35,365 nt of DNA. Origin: a virus. The stretch lies in UHGV virus genome UHGV-2010328; one strand, 5' to 3'. A program made the translations under genes and the position numbers. Numbering within the stretch: the stretch's first letter is position 1; each line of letters starts with the position of its first letter. Under the pieces are notes generated by a model that did not search any database, was not told the origin of the DNA, and saw nothing but the letters and a program-made list of their open reading frames with translations. Positions 18,167 to 27,354 of the stretch are shown piece by piece.

Positions 18167-18490
18167 TTATTCATCTCCCTTTTGGGTTATGCGGTTAAAG
18201 GCGGCAATGATCTTGTCGCGTGCTTTTTCTGCGCCCATAAAACCGATAGATGCGCCGAAAAACGTCACGGCATCTTCAGGAACTCCGAAGAAGCGCAACG
18301 ACCCGGCCACGGCCATGGCAAGAACGCCGCACGCCAGCGATCCCGTTACGGTTTGAACCAGCGTTCGTCCGTCATAAAGACTCATCAGCGCGGAAATGCT
18401 GACCGCCGCGCCTGCTGCATACACCGTTGGCAGGTGGTCAAAGAGCCACGCAATAACCTGCTCTGAGATCCCTGTTTGAATGGTGCTCAC
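18167..18490 (-). CDS. holin (gpY position), three predicted TM segments
   Basis: GTG 18490..18488 preceded by GGGGGGAG. The ORF-track 5' extension is rejected because it overlaps X. Confidence 0.6.
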   Translation of the reverse strand: MSTIQTGISEQVIAWLFDHLPTVYAAGAAVSISALMSLYDGRTLVQTVTGSLACGVLAMAVAGSLRFFGVPEDAVTFFGASIGFMGAEKARDKIIAAFNRITQKGDE

Positions 18491-18492
18491 TG

Positions 18493-18693
18493 CTACTCCC
18501 CCCACAACTGAATCATTTCTCGTTTCTTCTTCTCCGGCTCCGGCATCTCCACGTCCTGCCCGGCGTCCAGAAATACCTGCTGACAGAGTCCGGGGTTGGC
18601 ATCCAGAACCTTTTCGGTGACGCCCTGCGTCGTGCCGTAGTACCGGAAACAGAGCGAATCCACGGTGTCGCCTTCCAGTGCCTTCACTTTCAT
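18493..18693 (-). CDS. X: tail protein X (LysM-like, gpX)
   Basis: ATG 18693..18691 giving MKVKALEGDTVDSLCFRYYG..., resembling the P2 gpX N-terminus. Start overlaps the L stop. Confidence 0.8.
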   Translation of the reverse strand: MKVKALEGDTVDSLCFRYYGTTQGVTEKVLDANPGLCQQVFLDAGQDVEMPEPEKKKREMIQLWGE

Positions 18694-19196
18694 CAGCACA
18701 ACTCCGCAAAGATTCGCGGGCGGCACAGAATGTCAGAGATGGCCCAGCTCACATCGCGCCACAAATCCGATGTCTGTATATCCAGTGCGTCCGCCCGGCG
18801 GTCGCCCTTGTCCGTTGTGTCCGCATCGCGGTAACGCTCCAGAATCAGGGCGCGGGTGGCGGTGTAAACCGCATTGCGCCAGTGCCAGAGATTGACGCTT
18901 TCTCCGTTAATTACGGGTGCCGGAACATCGGCCAGCGTCTGATGGCCAGCCGCCTGCTGTTCCTGCTGCCATGTTTCCAGCTCGCGGGTAACGTGTGCCA
19001 CAGCTCCGGTGGCGGTATGCAGCAGGCGGGAGGTGGTCACGCGCCCCGGCAGTCGTACAGCCAGACGCAGCTCGCGCAGCACAATATCCGGCCAGAATGC
19101 ACCTGCTGAAATGCGAGTGTCGCCATCATCGGTATCGGTGATGTCGTCCTCTGCGGGTCCTGGTTCAGTTCTGGCAACCATACTCATGGGGTTCAC
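18693..19196 (-). CDS. L: capsid completion / head stabilisation protein L (gpL-like)
   Basis: 167 aa. Synteny M-L-X. Confidence 0.75.
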   Translation of the reverse strand: MNPMSMVARTEPGPAEDDITDTDDGDTRISAGAFWPDIVLRELRLAVRLPGRVTTSRLLHTATGAVAHVTRELETWQQEQQAAGHQTLADVPAPVINGESVNLWHWRNAVYTATRALILERYRDADTTDKGDRRADALDIQTSDLWRDVSWAISDILCRPRIFAELC

Positions 19197-19289
19197 TCCT
19201 GAAAAAAATCGGGCGGTGGGTGCGCGGTGTAAACGGTCACGGAGTCAAACCGGAACACCGAGCACGCCGCCCGCTGACGGGGTCAGTCG

Positions 19290-20090
19290 TTAACCGCGCT
19301 TCGCCTTCTGCGTCGCGGTGGTTTTTCGTGTTGCAGGCTTCCGCGTTGTCTTTTTACTTTTGCTGCTTTCGTCCTGCGCCTGCTGTGCGCTGGCGTCTTC
19401 TGGTGCGGCTGCGGAATCGGCTTTTTTCAGGGCGCGGGAAAGGGTTGCAATCTCGCGTTTCACACCTGCGTTCGGGTTCAGGTGCATTGCTTCGCGCAGC
19501 AGCTTCAGTGACAGGGCCATGCTGTCCGCATCACTCAGGCCACGGCGGGCAAAGGCGCACGCTTTGCATAATTTGGCGCGCACTTCGTCCGGCATGTCCT
19601 GGTCGGTGACAATCTCCCGGAGGGTGTCCAGTGGTTCGATAAAGGCGGACAAATCCGCGTCGGCATCCGTCCCGGCCTGCGTCAGTACCGGATTACAGAT
19701 TTCTTCGGTCAGTACCGTGGCAGCAGTACGTCCAAAGTTATCCGGCATGATGAGGTTGTGACGGACCACATACGCACCAATACGCAGCGCAAGCGGAAGA
19801 TCGCCGCAGTCAATCGCCCACACCATCAGCGTGGCAATCACTTCGTCCTGTTGCCCGCCGTCAGCCTCCAGCGTTCCCTCAATCCAGCCGGAAAAGTCCG
19901 GCAACAACTCTTTTTTGATGGCGGCTTTCGCGCTTCTGGCCTGTACGCCCTTAAGCCGGGCCTGTGCCAGACGCAGACGATACAGCACCTCTTCATGCGC
20001 GGTACGCGCGGCGTGGTCCACGCCTTCAGTCGACCGGCCTGCGCGCTGTGCCATCACGTTCTGCCAGTGTTGCTGTGCAGGAGTAATCAT
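19290..20090 (-). CDS. M: terminase endonuclease (small) subunit M (gpM-like)
   Basis: 266 aa with a basic Lys/Arg/Thr-rich C-terminal tail. Synteny N-M-L. Confidence 0.75.
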   Translation of the reverse strand: MITPAQQHWQNVMAQRAGRSTEGVDHAARTAHEEVLYRLRLAQARLKGVQARSAKAAIKKELLPDFSGWIEGTLEADGGQQDEVIATLMVWAIDCGDLPLALRIGAYVVRHNLIMPDNFGRTAATVLTEEICNPVLTQAGTDADADLSAFIEPLDTLREIVTDQDMPDEVRAKLCKACAFARRGLSDADSMALSLKLLREAMHLNPNAGVKREIATLSRALKKADSAAAPEDASAQQAQDESSKSKKTTRKPATRKTTATQKAKRG

Positions 20091-20135
20091 TTGTTCTCTC
20101 CGTTACAGGCGGGCATGATGCCCGCCGTGAGTTGA

Positions 20136-21188
20136 TTAGCTGTCGGCGAACTTCAGGCCAGTGACCATCGCGCACTTGCCATAGTCTTCAACGACATAAG
20201 CATCGTTGATGGACTGGTAGGTGGCGATGCGGTTGTATTCCGGCTCGTCTTTCATCAGGCGACGCATTGTTCCTTTCTGCCAGTAAATCGACAGGTTGTT
20301 GAACGAGGTGATCAGCATCGTTGAATCCGGGAAGAACGGCGCAAGGAATACATCCAGCCCGCCAATGGCGCGCGATGACAGGATGAGCTGTCCGGCAAGT
20401 AATTCCGCATTGGGATTCTGGCCGCTGATGCTGTTCAGCACGGGCAGACGCAGCGAGTTAAACAGGTTGCGCCCCATAATCACCACGAGGTCGTCAGCTT
20501 CCTTGTGCCATTCATCCAGCAGGGATGAGCGCGCGTCCTGTACCAGTGCATCAGCGTTCGCATACTTACCCGCGTGCGCCACGGTGTTGTCCATGTTGCG
20601 GGAGGTCAGCGTTACATCATTCATAACGCGCTCGCTGGCGTCGGTTCTGATGTGCTCCAGCCATCCCACGTTAACGTCCTGAAGCAGCTTGTTAGTGCTG
20701 AAGTTGGACTCATCTGCGTGAGACGTGCCGTTGAAACCGATCATGATGCGGTCAAGCGCCACCTGCCGGGCAATCTGTGTGCTGACGCGGGACTGAAAAT
20801 CAGGGTGTGCCGCCCAGGCATCAAGCTGCGGATACGAAATAAACGTGTCGTAGTTCACCTGTTCGCACTGGTATTTGCGGTTTTTCAGATCAACCACGTT
20901 ATTCGGGTTACGGCGTTTTGTGCCGTCATAACTGGTATTCGTGCGCGCAATCGGCCCGGTGGTATCCAGGAGGATTTTTTCGCCTTTCTGGTCGGTCACA
21001 CCGAATACGTTAATTTTTTTTGTAAATTCAGTGCTCTCCTTTACTGCGTTTTCAAAACGCTGCTGCACCGAGGGTTCTACGGTAAATCGCGATACCAGTG
21101 CAGAAACCGGGATATTGTTAAGCGACGCCTGCTGCGCCATATAGCAACCCAGTTTGTTGCGGGTAATATCTGACATCACCAGATTCAT
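20136..21188 (-). CDS. N: major capsid protein N (gpN-like)
   Basis: 350 aa, AAGGAG RBS; ...FTVEPSVQQ... resembles the P2 gpN N-terminal region. Confidence 0.85.
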   Translation of the reverse strand: MNLVMSDITRNKLGCYMAQQASLNNIPVSALVSRFTVEPSVQQRFENAVKESTEFTKKINVFGVTDQKGEKILLDTTGPIARTNTSYDGTKRRNPNNVVDLKNRKYQCEQVNYDTFISYPQLDAWAAHPDFQSRVSTQIARQVALDRIMIGFNGTSHADESNFSTNKLLQDVNVGWLEHIRTDASERVMNDVTLTSRNMDNTVAHAGKYANADALVQDARSSLLDEWHKEADDLVVIMGRNLFNSLRLPVLNSISGQNPNAELLAGQLILSSRAIGGLDVFLAPFFPDSTMLITSFNNLSIYWQKGTMRRLMKDEPEYNRIATYQSINDAYVVEDYGKCAMVTGLKFADS

Positions 21189-21211
21189 AAAAAATTTGCT
21201 CCTTTGTCTTG

Positions 21212-22081
21212 TCAGAAGTCAGCCAGTTGGTCGGAGGCTGCGCCCGTTGCGGTGAACCGGTTCTGCGGATCGCCGTCCTGCGTGCGCAGTTTTTCCTTCA
21301 GTGCTGCCAGCTCTGTGGTCAGTGATGTGATTTTCTGGCTGTCCTGCTGATGGCGGGTTTCCAGTGTATTAAAACGGTCGATAATGTCGGCCTGTGACGT
21401 TGCGACACCTTCCACCGCTTCCTTAATACGGGAGAAACTGGCGTCATCCGCTTTGCGGCCACGGCCAATAATCCCCATAACGCGGTTAAACCACTGGGTG
21501 CCTTCTTCCTGACGTTGTTCGGTGAGTTCGATAAGTTCTGACTCCATAGCGGCGGTAAACATCGCCACGTCTCCCTGCTGACAGTTGAATGTCATCAGTT
21601 GCATACGTTGTTGTGCCGCAAAGGCCAGACGTTCCGTGCCCAGGCTGGCGGGGGTGTCGGTCATTGCCAGCCCGCGCAGGTAAGGGCCTCCCGTGATGGT
21701 TGACTGTGGTTCCAGCTCAATACTGGAGTAAATTTTTTTACCATCGTTAAGCAGGGACATCATGCGAGCGGTCGGCTCAATTTCGGCATACAGTGCCGTG
21801 CGACCTGCCAGCGGGCCATCGGTTATGTCTTCGGTGCTCAACCCCACAACATCGCCCATAGCGGAAAACTCGCTACCGGGGAGTGGTGACAGGATGTGCT
21901 CAATATTCACACGTGCACCATAAACGGACGGGTTATAACTGGTGGCGGCAGCTTTCAGCATGTCGCCGTTGATTTCGCGCCCGTCTGCCGTTACACCGGA
22001 GACAGCCACGCGAAACTTTTTGCGGGATGTCTTTTTTTCATTAGCCATAGTTTTTGCCATCATGACTGGTTCTTCAGTCAT
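21212..22081 (-). CDS. O: capsid scaffolding protein O (gpO-like)
   Basis: 289 aa (internal starts at M7/M8 possible), ...FRVAVSGVTADGREI.... Divergent from P across a 121-bp intergenic region. Confidence 0.8.
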   Translation of the reverse strand: MTEEPVMMAKTMANEKKTSRKKFRVAVSGVTADGREINGDMLKAAATSYNPSVYGARVNIEHILSPLPGSEFSAMGDVVGLSTEDITDGPLAGRTALYAEIEPTARMMSLLNDGKKIYSSIELEPQSTITGGPYLRGLAMTDTPASLGTERLAFAAQQRMQLMTFNCQQGDVAMFTAAMESELIELTEQRQEEGTQWFNRVMGIIGRGRKADDASFSRIKEAVEGVATSQADIIDRFNTLETRHQQDSQKITSLTTELAALKEKLRTQDGDPQNRFTATGAASDQLADF

Positions 22082-22202
22082 GATGGCAAAGCGTAACAGG
22101 CTGATACAAAGGGCTTTTGTTGTAAGAAAACAGTCAGAACAGGGGGTTAAGGAGAACGGTTTCGCGCGCGGGTAATCTTCCTGTAATTACTCAGGGGGAG
22201 CA
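22082..22202. promoter_or_regulatory. divergent late promoter region (P_O / P_P equivalent)
   Basis: Intergenic between the divergent O and P starts. No Ogr site (TGT-N12-ACA) could be pinned down confidently. Confidence 0.4.
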
Positions 22203-23954
22203 ATGATTCAGGACGCTTTTGTGCGCCAGCGTGCGCGACAACTTTACTGGCAGGGTTATCCGCCCGCAGAAATATCACGTCTGATGGGAATAAACCCGAA
22301 CACGATTTATGCGTGGAAAAAACGCGACCAGTGGGATGAAACGCCACCCGTGCAGCGTGTCACGCAGTCCATTGATGCGCGCCTCATCCAGCTTACTGAA
22401 AAACAGAATAAAACAGGCGGTGACTTTAAGGAAATAGACCTGCTGACCCGGCAGCTTAAAAAGCTGCATGATGGCCAGCCGGATGTGATGGCCGCAGGAA
22501 AGAAAGGCCGGGCGAAAAAACTCAAAAATCATTTCACGCCGGAACAGATTGCTGCACTGCGGGAAAAAATCATCAGCAGGCTGGAGTGGCATCAGCGGGG
22601 CTGGTTTGACTCCCTGACCCTTTGCAGGGAAGCCGGGATACGTAACAGGATGATCCTGAAATCCCGACAGATTGGGGCGACCTGGTATTTTGCACAGGAA
22701 GCACTGCTGATGGCGCTGCGTGACGATGTGGCGCAACCTTACCAGCGTAACCAGATTTTTTTGTCTGCGTCGCGTCGTCAGGCGTTCCAGTTTAAAAGCA
22801 TTATTCAGAAGGCCGCGGCTGAAGTTGATGTGGAGCTGAAAGGGGGCGATAAAATCATCCTCTCCAACGGCGCAGAGCTGCATTTTCTCGGCACTTCTGC
22901 TGCGTCGGCACAGTCCTATACGGGCAATTTTTATTTTGATGAATTTTTCTGGGTCAGTCGCTTTGCTGAACTGCGCAAGGTGGCTGGCGCTATGGCAACC
23001 CTCAGCGGACTGCGGCGCACCTACTTCTCCACGCCATCCACCGAAACGCACGAGGCATACGCCTACTGGAACGGCGACCGCTGGAACGAGAAAAAGGCCT
23101 CGCATAAACGCCAGCGTTTTTCTGTGGACTGGAAAACGCTGCATAACGGGCTTATCTGCCCTGACCGGACGTGGCGGCAAATTGTCACGCTGGAAGATGT
23201 GGTTAATCACGGCTGGAAACACACCGATATTGACGAAATCCGTGATGAAAACACCGAAGACGAGTTCCTCAATCTCTATATGTGCGAGTTTGTTCGCGAA
23301 GGGGAATCGGCATTTAACCTGAATATCCTGATTGGCTGCGGTGTTGACGGATACGACGACTGGAAAGACTGGAAACCTTTTGCTCCCCGCCCGATGGGGA
23401 ATCGTTCGGTATGGATTGGGTATGACGCAAACGGCAGCAGTGGCAACGGCGACAGCGGCGCTGTGTCCGTGGTGGTTCCTCCGGCTGTTCCTGGTGGCCG
23501 TTTTCGAACGGTGGAGACGCGACGCGTTCAGGGGCTGGAGTTTGAAGAACAGGCCAGAGTCATTGAAGAGTTCACGTATCGCTACAACGTGGAACACATC
23601 GGCATTGATGTGACGGGCGGGAACGGGGAGGCTGTTTATCAGATAGTGAAACGGTTTTTCCCTGCTGCTATTCCGTACACCTTCACGCTGTCATCAAAAC
23701 GGTCGCTGGTACTGAAAATGCTGCAAATAATGCGTGCCGGGCGGTGGGAATACGATCGCGCCGAACGCGAGCTGGTCGCGGCCTTTAACGCCGTGCGTAA
23801 GGTGAAAACACCGGGCGGCTTTATCACTTACGAAACGGACCGCGCGAGGGGGATCAGCCACGGCGACCTTGCGTGGGCAACCATGCTTGCTGTCATTAAC
23901 GAACCGATTGGCGGCGAAGGAGAAAACGAGCGTTTCACGGTTATGGAGTTCTGA
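22203..23954 (+). CDS. P: terminase large (ATPase) subunit P (gpP-like)
   Basis: 583 aa, RBS GGGGGAG, Walker-A-like SRQIGAT. Followed by the portal gene with TGATG overlap. Confidence 0.85.
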   Translation: MIQDAFVRQRARQLYWQGYPPAEISRLMGINPNTIYAWKKRDQWDETPPVQRVTQSIDARLIQLTEKQNKTGGDFKEIDLLTRQLKKLHDGQPDVMAAGKKGRAKKLKNHFTPEQIAALREKIISRLEWHQRGWFDSLTLCREAGIRNRMILKSRQIGATWYFAQEALLMALRDDVAQPYQRNQIFLSASRRQAFQFKSIIQKAAAEVDVELKGGDKIILSNGAELHFLGTSAASAQSYTGNFYFDEFFWVSRFAELRKVAGAMATLSGLRRTYFSTPSTETHEAYAYWNGDRWNEKKASHKRQRFSVDWKTLHNGLICPDRTWRQIVTLEDVVNHGWKHTDIDEIRDENTEDEFLNLYMCEFVREGESAFNLNILIGCGVDGYDDWKDWKPFAPRPMGNRSVWIGYDANGSSGNGDSGAVSVVVPPAVPGGRFRTVETRRVQGLEFEEQARVIEEFTYRYNVEHIGIDVTGGNGEAVYQIVKRFFPAAIPYTFTLSSKRSLVLKMLQIMRAGRWEYDRAERELVAAFNAVRKVKTPGGFITYETDRARGISHGDLAWATMLAVINEPIGGEGENERFTVMEF

Positions 23955-25000
23955 TGAGCAGAAAAAATAAAAAAGTGCGCATGAGTTCACGCATTGATCT
24001 CGCTGATGCGCTCAGGAAAGAATCATCGCTCAGTGCATTCACATTTGATGGGCCTTATCGCCTGACCGGGCATGACCTGCTGGACAATATGTACTGTGCT
24101 GATAACGGGCGGTGGTATGAAACCCCGGTGGACTGGTACGGTCTGGCAAGAGCTGCCCGGCAAACGTCCTGGCATCAGTCTGCGCTTTACTTTAAGCGCA
24201 ATGTATTACTCGGTTGCTACATCCCGCACCCGCTGCTTTCCCGGCAGGATTTCTCGGCGCTGGCGCTGGACTGGTTTGTGTTCGGTAACGCATTCCTTGA
24301 GCTTCGGAGCAATATGCTCGGCGAACCGCTTAAATTACGGCACGCACTGGCGAAATACATGCGACGCGGAAGCGATCTTGAATCATGGTGGTATGTGCAG
24401 GATGGCAAGGACGCGTTCCAGTTTCGCCCTGGCAAAGTGTGCCACCTGATGAATCCGGACATTAACCAGGAAATTTACGGCATGCCGGAATATCTTGGCG
24501 CATTACTCTCGGCCAGCCTGTCTCATTCGGCGGACATGTTCAGAAAACTGTATTACGACAACGGATCCCACGCCGGGTGCATCATCTACATCGGTGCAGC
24601 GCAGGTAAACCGCGAAAGCATGGACTCCCTGAAAGAAACGTTACAGGGTGCGCGTGGTGGTGGTGCGTTTAAAAACGTGCTCATCCATGCGCCCAACGGG
24701 GGCAAAGAGGGGGTGCAAATTTTGCCGTTCCAGCAGATCACCGCAAAGGATGAGTTCATGAATGTTAAGGCGGCATCCCGTGATGATGTGCTGGCTGCGC
24801 ACCGCGTTCCGCCGCAACTGATGGGGGCGATGCCGGGCGAAAAAAGTGCGTTTGGTGATGTGGAGAAGGCCGCGCGGGTTTACGCAATTAACGAGCTGAT
24901 GCCCGTCATGGAGGCCATGAAGCACATCAATGACTGGCTTGGCGAAGAGGTGATCCGCTTTAACCCTTACGCACTGTTAGACACCCAGCCCACATCCTGA
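23954..25000 (+). CDS. Q: portal vertex protein Q (gpQ-like)
   Basis: 348 aa, downstream of P on the strand opposite to the capsid genes, as in P2. Confidence 0.85.
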   Translation: MSRKNKKVRMSSRIDLADALRKESSLSAFTFDGPYRLTGHDLLDNMYCADNGRWYETPVDWYGLARAARQTSWHQSALYFKRNVLLGCYIPHPLLSRQDFSALALDWFVFGNAFLELRSNMLGEPLKLRHALAKYMRRGSDLESWWYVQDGKDAFQFRPGKVCHLMNPDINQEIYGMPEYLGALLSASLSHSADMFRKLYYDNGSHAGCIIYIGAAQVNRESMDSLKETLQGARGGGAFKNVLIHAPNGGKEGVQILPFQQITAKDEFMNVKAASRDDVLAAHRVPPQLMGAMPGEKSAFGDVEKAARVYAINELMPVMEAMKHINDWLGEEVIRFNPYALLDTQPTS

Positions 25001-25424
25001 CGCGCTTCGCTTGTCTGCTGCTTCGCCGGGGCATAAAAAATTTATGCCCCGACTCTCCAGCTCCTGTATCAATCAGATAATTTCACGACGCTTTCCTGTT
25101 TATTACCATCATCGACGGTCAGACTCTTACGCAATCCCACCGCGCTGACTGCATGTTCTCACCGCCTCAGTGCGATTTTGACGGCCTTACCTTCCACCCC
25201 ATCAAATCAAAAGCCCTCACATCTTTTTCACGCTCAGCGTGAGAAATATGGCCATTCTGTTATGTCGCTGCGACATCGCTCAGGGAATACTATTTACCCC
25301 CTGAAACGCGGGCTGTTCCCCCGTCACCTGCGCGCAGAAAAAACGCGTTTTTTTGTGCACGCACGGATCCTTGACGGATCCAGCCGCCACGCGGGCTGGA
25401 AGGGCAAAAAGTCGTTCAAAAAAA

Positions 25425-25451
25425 TTGTGCAAGTTTGTGCACTATTGTGCA
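25425..25451. repeat. three phased 10-bp iterons (TTGTGCA at 25425, 25435, 25445) flanked by A-tracts
   Basis: attgtgcaag / tttgtgcact / attgtgcagt, exactly one helical turn apart, in a 650-bp noncoding region that also holds palindrome aaaaaacgcgtttttt (25338-25353) and duplicated ggatcc. Confidence 0.5.
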
Positions 25452-25744
25452 GTCAAAAAATTGCTACATGTTGAATATTGCAGGTTAGCTTTAAGTTAGT
25501 TTAACTAAAAATTTCAGTGAATCGGGCGAAGTGGAGCTGTGAGCATAAAATCCTTGTTCACTAAGCAACATCATCTCAGTACATATTTGAAGCTAGAGGG
25601 GGAGGTATAAAAAAGTGTTTGACGAATTTGATGGTTTCTGAATACGTTAATTTCTATGAGGCGGAGAGTGTATTTTTGCCTTTTTATGGGTGAGGGAAAG
25701 ATTACTCTGAATTCCGCATGTGGCGATTTTTATGCAGGTGCATG

Positions 25745-25780
25745 ATATAAGCAAAAGCCCGCCACATCTGGCGGGCTTCA
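25745..25780 (-). terminator. intrinsic terminator downstream of the ASCH-like gene
   Basis: Minus-strand hairpin agcccgcca / tggcgggct followed by a U-rich tract, about 55 nt past the stop at 25832. Confidence 0.6.
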
Positions 25781-25831
25781 GCGAAACGGTCCTTAAACGA
25801 TCATGCAGAACCATGCAGCAAAGTCATGCTC

Positions 25832-26209
25832 TTATCCGCGTATATACCTAAAGGACTGAGGTGGTACAGCGCCAGGTATCAATTCATTAAGTGGAATTGG
25901 AGTATCATAGCGCAGAGGGTTTTTTACTTCTATTGCGAATCCCTTGTCTCTTTCTGAAAAATATTCATCAAAAAAATCCCGCGTAATACCTGCATACTTT
26001 TTTGTCATATTCCATAATTCATCTGGCTGAGATGACAAAACCTTTTCAATTTCAAACTCACCAATTACCTTTCCGACGGGCATTGTTGCATAAATAATAA
26101 CCGCTCGGACTTCTTTGTTCCGAAAAATTGTCTTCCTGAATTCGAATTTTTTATATCCATTTAAAATGGATTCAGCGAACTCTGGTTTAATCGACAATAA
26201 AATTTTCAT
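25832..26209 (-). CDS. stand-alone ASCH/PUA-like domain protein (125 aa)
   Basis: MKILLSIKPEFAESILNGYKKFEFRK... matches the ASCH-type N-terminal motif. ATG 26209..26207 overlaps the upstream gene by 23 nt. AT-rich. Confidence 0.55.
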   Translation of the reverse strand: MKILLSIKPEFAESILNGYKKFEFRKTIFRNKEVRAVIIYATMPVGKVIGEFEIEKVLSSQPDELWNMTKKYAGITRDFFDEYFSERDKGFAIEVKNPLRYDTPIPLNELIPGAVPPQSFRYIRG

Positions 26210-27242
26210 TAACCTTTCCCGCGCTTAAAACAGCTTTGAAGTGAACATCACTTAACGTGAAGAACCCTGAATAGCTTGGAGTATAACCTAAAATACTCAA
26301 CAATTCATCTCTAATTATTCTTTTTTGCAAAGGGAAATTGTAAGTTAACTTAATTACATGTGGAGGATAACATCTGCTATAATAAGCATATAATTCTTCA
26401 TCAGAAAAAATACTGGCGCCTCCACAATAAGACTTAAACTCATCATATGATAAAAATTCTCGAATGTTTTTATACTCTTGTAATGTACAAACAGAAGTAA
26501 CCACCGACCGATATTTCGCCGCTCCCTGTCCATCTGTCGTTCGATAAATAATTATATTATCTCCTGGCTGAAGAAGCTCCATGCCTTTCATCGCGCCAAT
26601 ATATATCTTATGAATACTATTAGTATAAGTAACATCTTCTAAAATAGAATCATTTTCATTTTTTAAAATTGACTCCGGGAAAAGCCTTGAATGAAACTCA
26701 GGTTTAATGGCTAATAAAAAATTTCTTCCATTCATTTTTATCATAGGATAATTATTATAAAATGATGCTGCTGATGGCTTCCAGTTAAAATCCTTAAAGT
26801 AGACACCTTCACAACCGTTTTCCGTCTCAAGATTTTTTCTTGAACACAATTTAAAACCATAGCGTTCAAGTAAACGAATCAATCCTTGATGTTTGTCAAA
26901 GATAGTAACGTACACTTCCTGAATATCATGAGGCATTGCAAAGTCAAATATTTTTCTTACAAATCTCTCCCCCATTTTCGTTCCACGAGCATCAATTTTA
27001 AATGTTCCGCATTTAAGACGTTTTTTCATAGGGAAAGATGGGGTCATGTCATTTAATTCCTCATTTTCAATTTTGAGGTATAAAAAACCATCTATTTTCC
27101 CATAATCATCATAAGATACGTATGCTTTCTCATTTCTTTTCTTTAAGAACCAGCTTTCAAAAGTTGGGTAGTCATTTTTAAGCGAGTCAAAAAAAACATC
27201 TGAGAGGTCAACCTTCCCAAATTCGACATAACTAAGAGACAT
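26187..27242 (-). CDS. GNAT-like acetyltransferase fused to a C-terminal ASCH/PUA-like domain (351 aa)
   Basis: ATG 27242..27240 with AGGA RBS (ORF-track 5' extension rejected). N-terminal half has GNAT-like core motifs (ARGTKMGERFVRKIF ... EVYVTIFDKHQGLIRLLERYGFK); C-terminal half has ...FLLAIKPEFHSRLF... like the downstream ASCH-like protein. Domain assignment is by eye. Confidence 0.5.
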   Translation of the reverse strand: MSLSYVEFGKVDLSDVFFDSLKNDYPTFESWFLKKRNEKAYVSYDDYGKIDGFLYLKIENEELNDMTPSFPMKKRLKCGTFKIDARGTKMGERFVRKIFDFAMPHDIQEVYVTIFDKHQGLIRLLERYGFKLCSRKNLETENGCEGVYFKDFNWKPSAASFYNNYPMIKMNGRNFLLAIKPEFHSRLFPESILKNENDSILEDVTYTNSIHKIYIGAMKGMELLQPGDNIIIYRTTDGQGAAKYRSVVTSVCTLQEYKNIREFLSYDEFKSYCGGASIFSDEELYAYYSRCYPPHVIKLTYNFPLQKRIIRDELLSILGYTPSYSGFFTLSDVHFKAVLSAGKVNENFIVD

Positions 27243-27354
27243 TGTGCCATCCTTTTCAGTAGGTATTTTGCAAAAAACGTTACTGTATCTCAAAATATAT
27301 GTAAATAAACTTAGATCAAAAAAATGCTTACTAACGCTTTGTCTTACCGGGGCT

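Noticed and set aside
22275-23597. 440-aa minus-strand ORF inside terminase gene P
   Set aside because: Antisense shadow ORF of the terminase large subunit; no start-site support.
25028-25050. Perfect 23-bp palindrome after Q considered as an intrinsic terminator
   Set aside because: No U-tract follows on either strand, so it is not called a terminator; it may be a protein-binding site.
25178-25474. 98-aa plus-strand ORF in the Q-proximal noncoding region
   Set aside because: Spans palindromes and iterons, has no RBS and a basic low-complexity translation; more likely regulatory or packaging DNA.
25658-25705. Possible cohesive-end (cos) sequence, gaggcggagagtg / gggtgagggaaag
   Set aside because: Only partial resemblance to the P2/186 19-nt cos (GGCG.GGCGGGGAAAGCA.) and about 690 bp from Q; too weak to annotate.
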